A DNA stretch of 64,000 nucleotides. Origin: Balamuthia mandrillaris (lineage: Eukaryota). The notes below the pieces were generated by a model, which had not been told where the DNA came from, ran no database searches, and saw only the letters and a list, made by a program, of their open reading frames with translations. Made by a program: the position numbers and the translations under genes. Below are positions 63,438 through 64,000 of this stretch, in pieces. The stretch's first letter is position 1; each line of letters opens with the position of its first letter. Location: contig JAVKOQ020000014.1 in assembly GCA_031835245.2 (NCBI GenBank), positions 186,001-250,000 of the forward strand, written 5' to 3'.

Positions 63438-64000
63438 TTAGCCAGCGAGTTCATGGTTGCCATTCGCCTTTAGGGCGCAGGGGAGGGTAGATGTGGTGGC
63501 GAGGAAGAACGGCCACCCGACCACTGCAAACCACCATCCCACTGGCAGCCACGTTGCATCCAGGTCACCCGTCCTCTCGGGGACACTGAAAGTGGCATTG
63601 TGGTGGCTGAGGAAGCTTCACCATGGCCCTGCGATCTCCCACTCGGCATCTCTTCCTTCCAAGCTTTCGAGATAGCCGATGCAAAGTAAACGATGGCCGC
63701 GGTGAGCATCAGCAAACCGGAAACCTCCAAGACCGAGTATACTCAATACACGTTCACAACCTGGGAAGAAGAACCGCAACAACATCGAAGGGAGTAGAAA
63801 GGGCCACAACCAAGGCAGCCACAGTAAAGCAGAGCATCAAGAAGGCGAAGACCTCCTCAAAGCTCTCATTTCGTTTGCTCCTGTAACAGCGATTGCGAAG
63901 ACGAACCTGCCTTCGTCCGCAAAGAGCTAAATTCCTTCTGGAGAGGAAGATAACTCCAGAAGAAAACGTGGCTCAAGTTGCATTCATTCTCGTAGTTGCC
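63438..64000 (-). pseudogene. Degenerate tetraspan (claudin/amastin-like) membrane protein gene, 3' part
   Basis: TM-like segments lie in different frames (VFAFLMLCFTVAALVVAL; GLLMLTAAIVYFA..I.KAW; W.PVGWWFAVVGWPFFL), separated by stops and frameshifts that no plausible intron removes. Confidence 0.45.

Overview
Gene-dense, intron-rich eukaryotic DNA with many short GT-AG introns that often contain CT/CTT microsatellites. The composition and gene style suggest a free-living amoebozoan such as Balamuthia or an Acanthamoeba relative; this is inference, not proof. About 26 protein-coding loci can be assembled by splicing. In order: YIF1 (3' end), lipoate ligase LplA, VPS39, a DOCK-C/D GEF, an AT-hook + HSP20-domain protein, PLRG1, a DUF202 protein, a CDF zinc transporter, ThrRS, U1A/U2B'', three tandem DUF374-type acyltransferases, a multi-TM (GPCR-like)-TKL kinase, an OMS1/METTL7-like methyltransferase, a TBCA-like protein, an ankyrin-UVRAG fusion, a hypothetical mitochondrial membrane protein, SREK1/SRSF11, a UVR coiled-coil protein, aspartyl aminopeptidase, a hypothetical nuclear protein, CCZ1, a 2OG-Fe(II) oxygenase, a CAMK-group kinase and a small secreted Cys-rich protein. 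There are also two identical tRNA-Met genes and a probable pseudogene at the right edge. The strongest leads are: (1) all three bacterial-type DUF374 acyltransferases end in the peroxisomal PTS1 -AKL; (2) the UVR coiled-coil protein carries both tepsin-type AP-4-binding motifs many times; (3) the ankyrin-UVRAG fusion; (4) a recurrent promoter motif pair, CGTGTCGTCA and TGTCGACA; (5) the AT-hook/alpha-crystallin protein. No CRISPR array or intact mobile element was seen. All gene models are manual and untested by RNA data.
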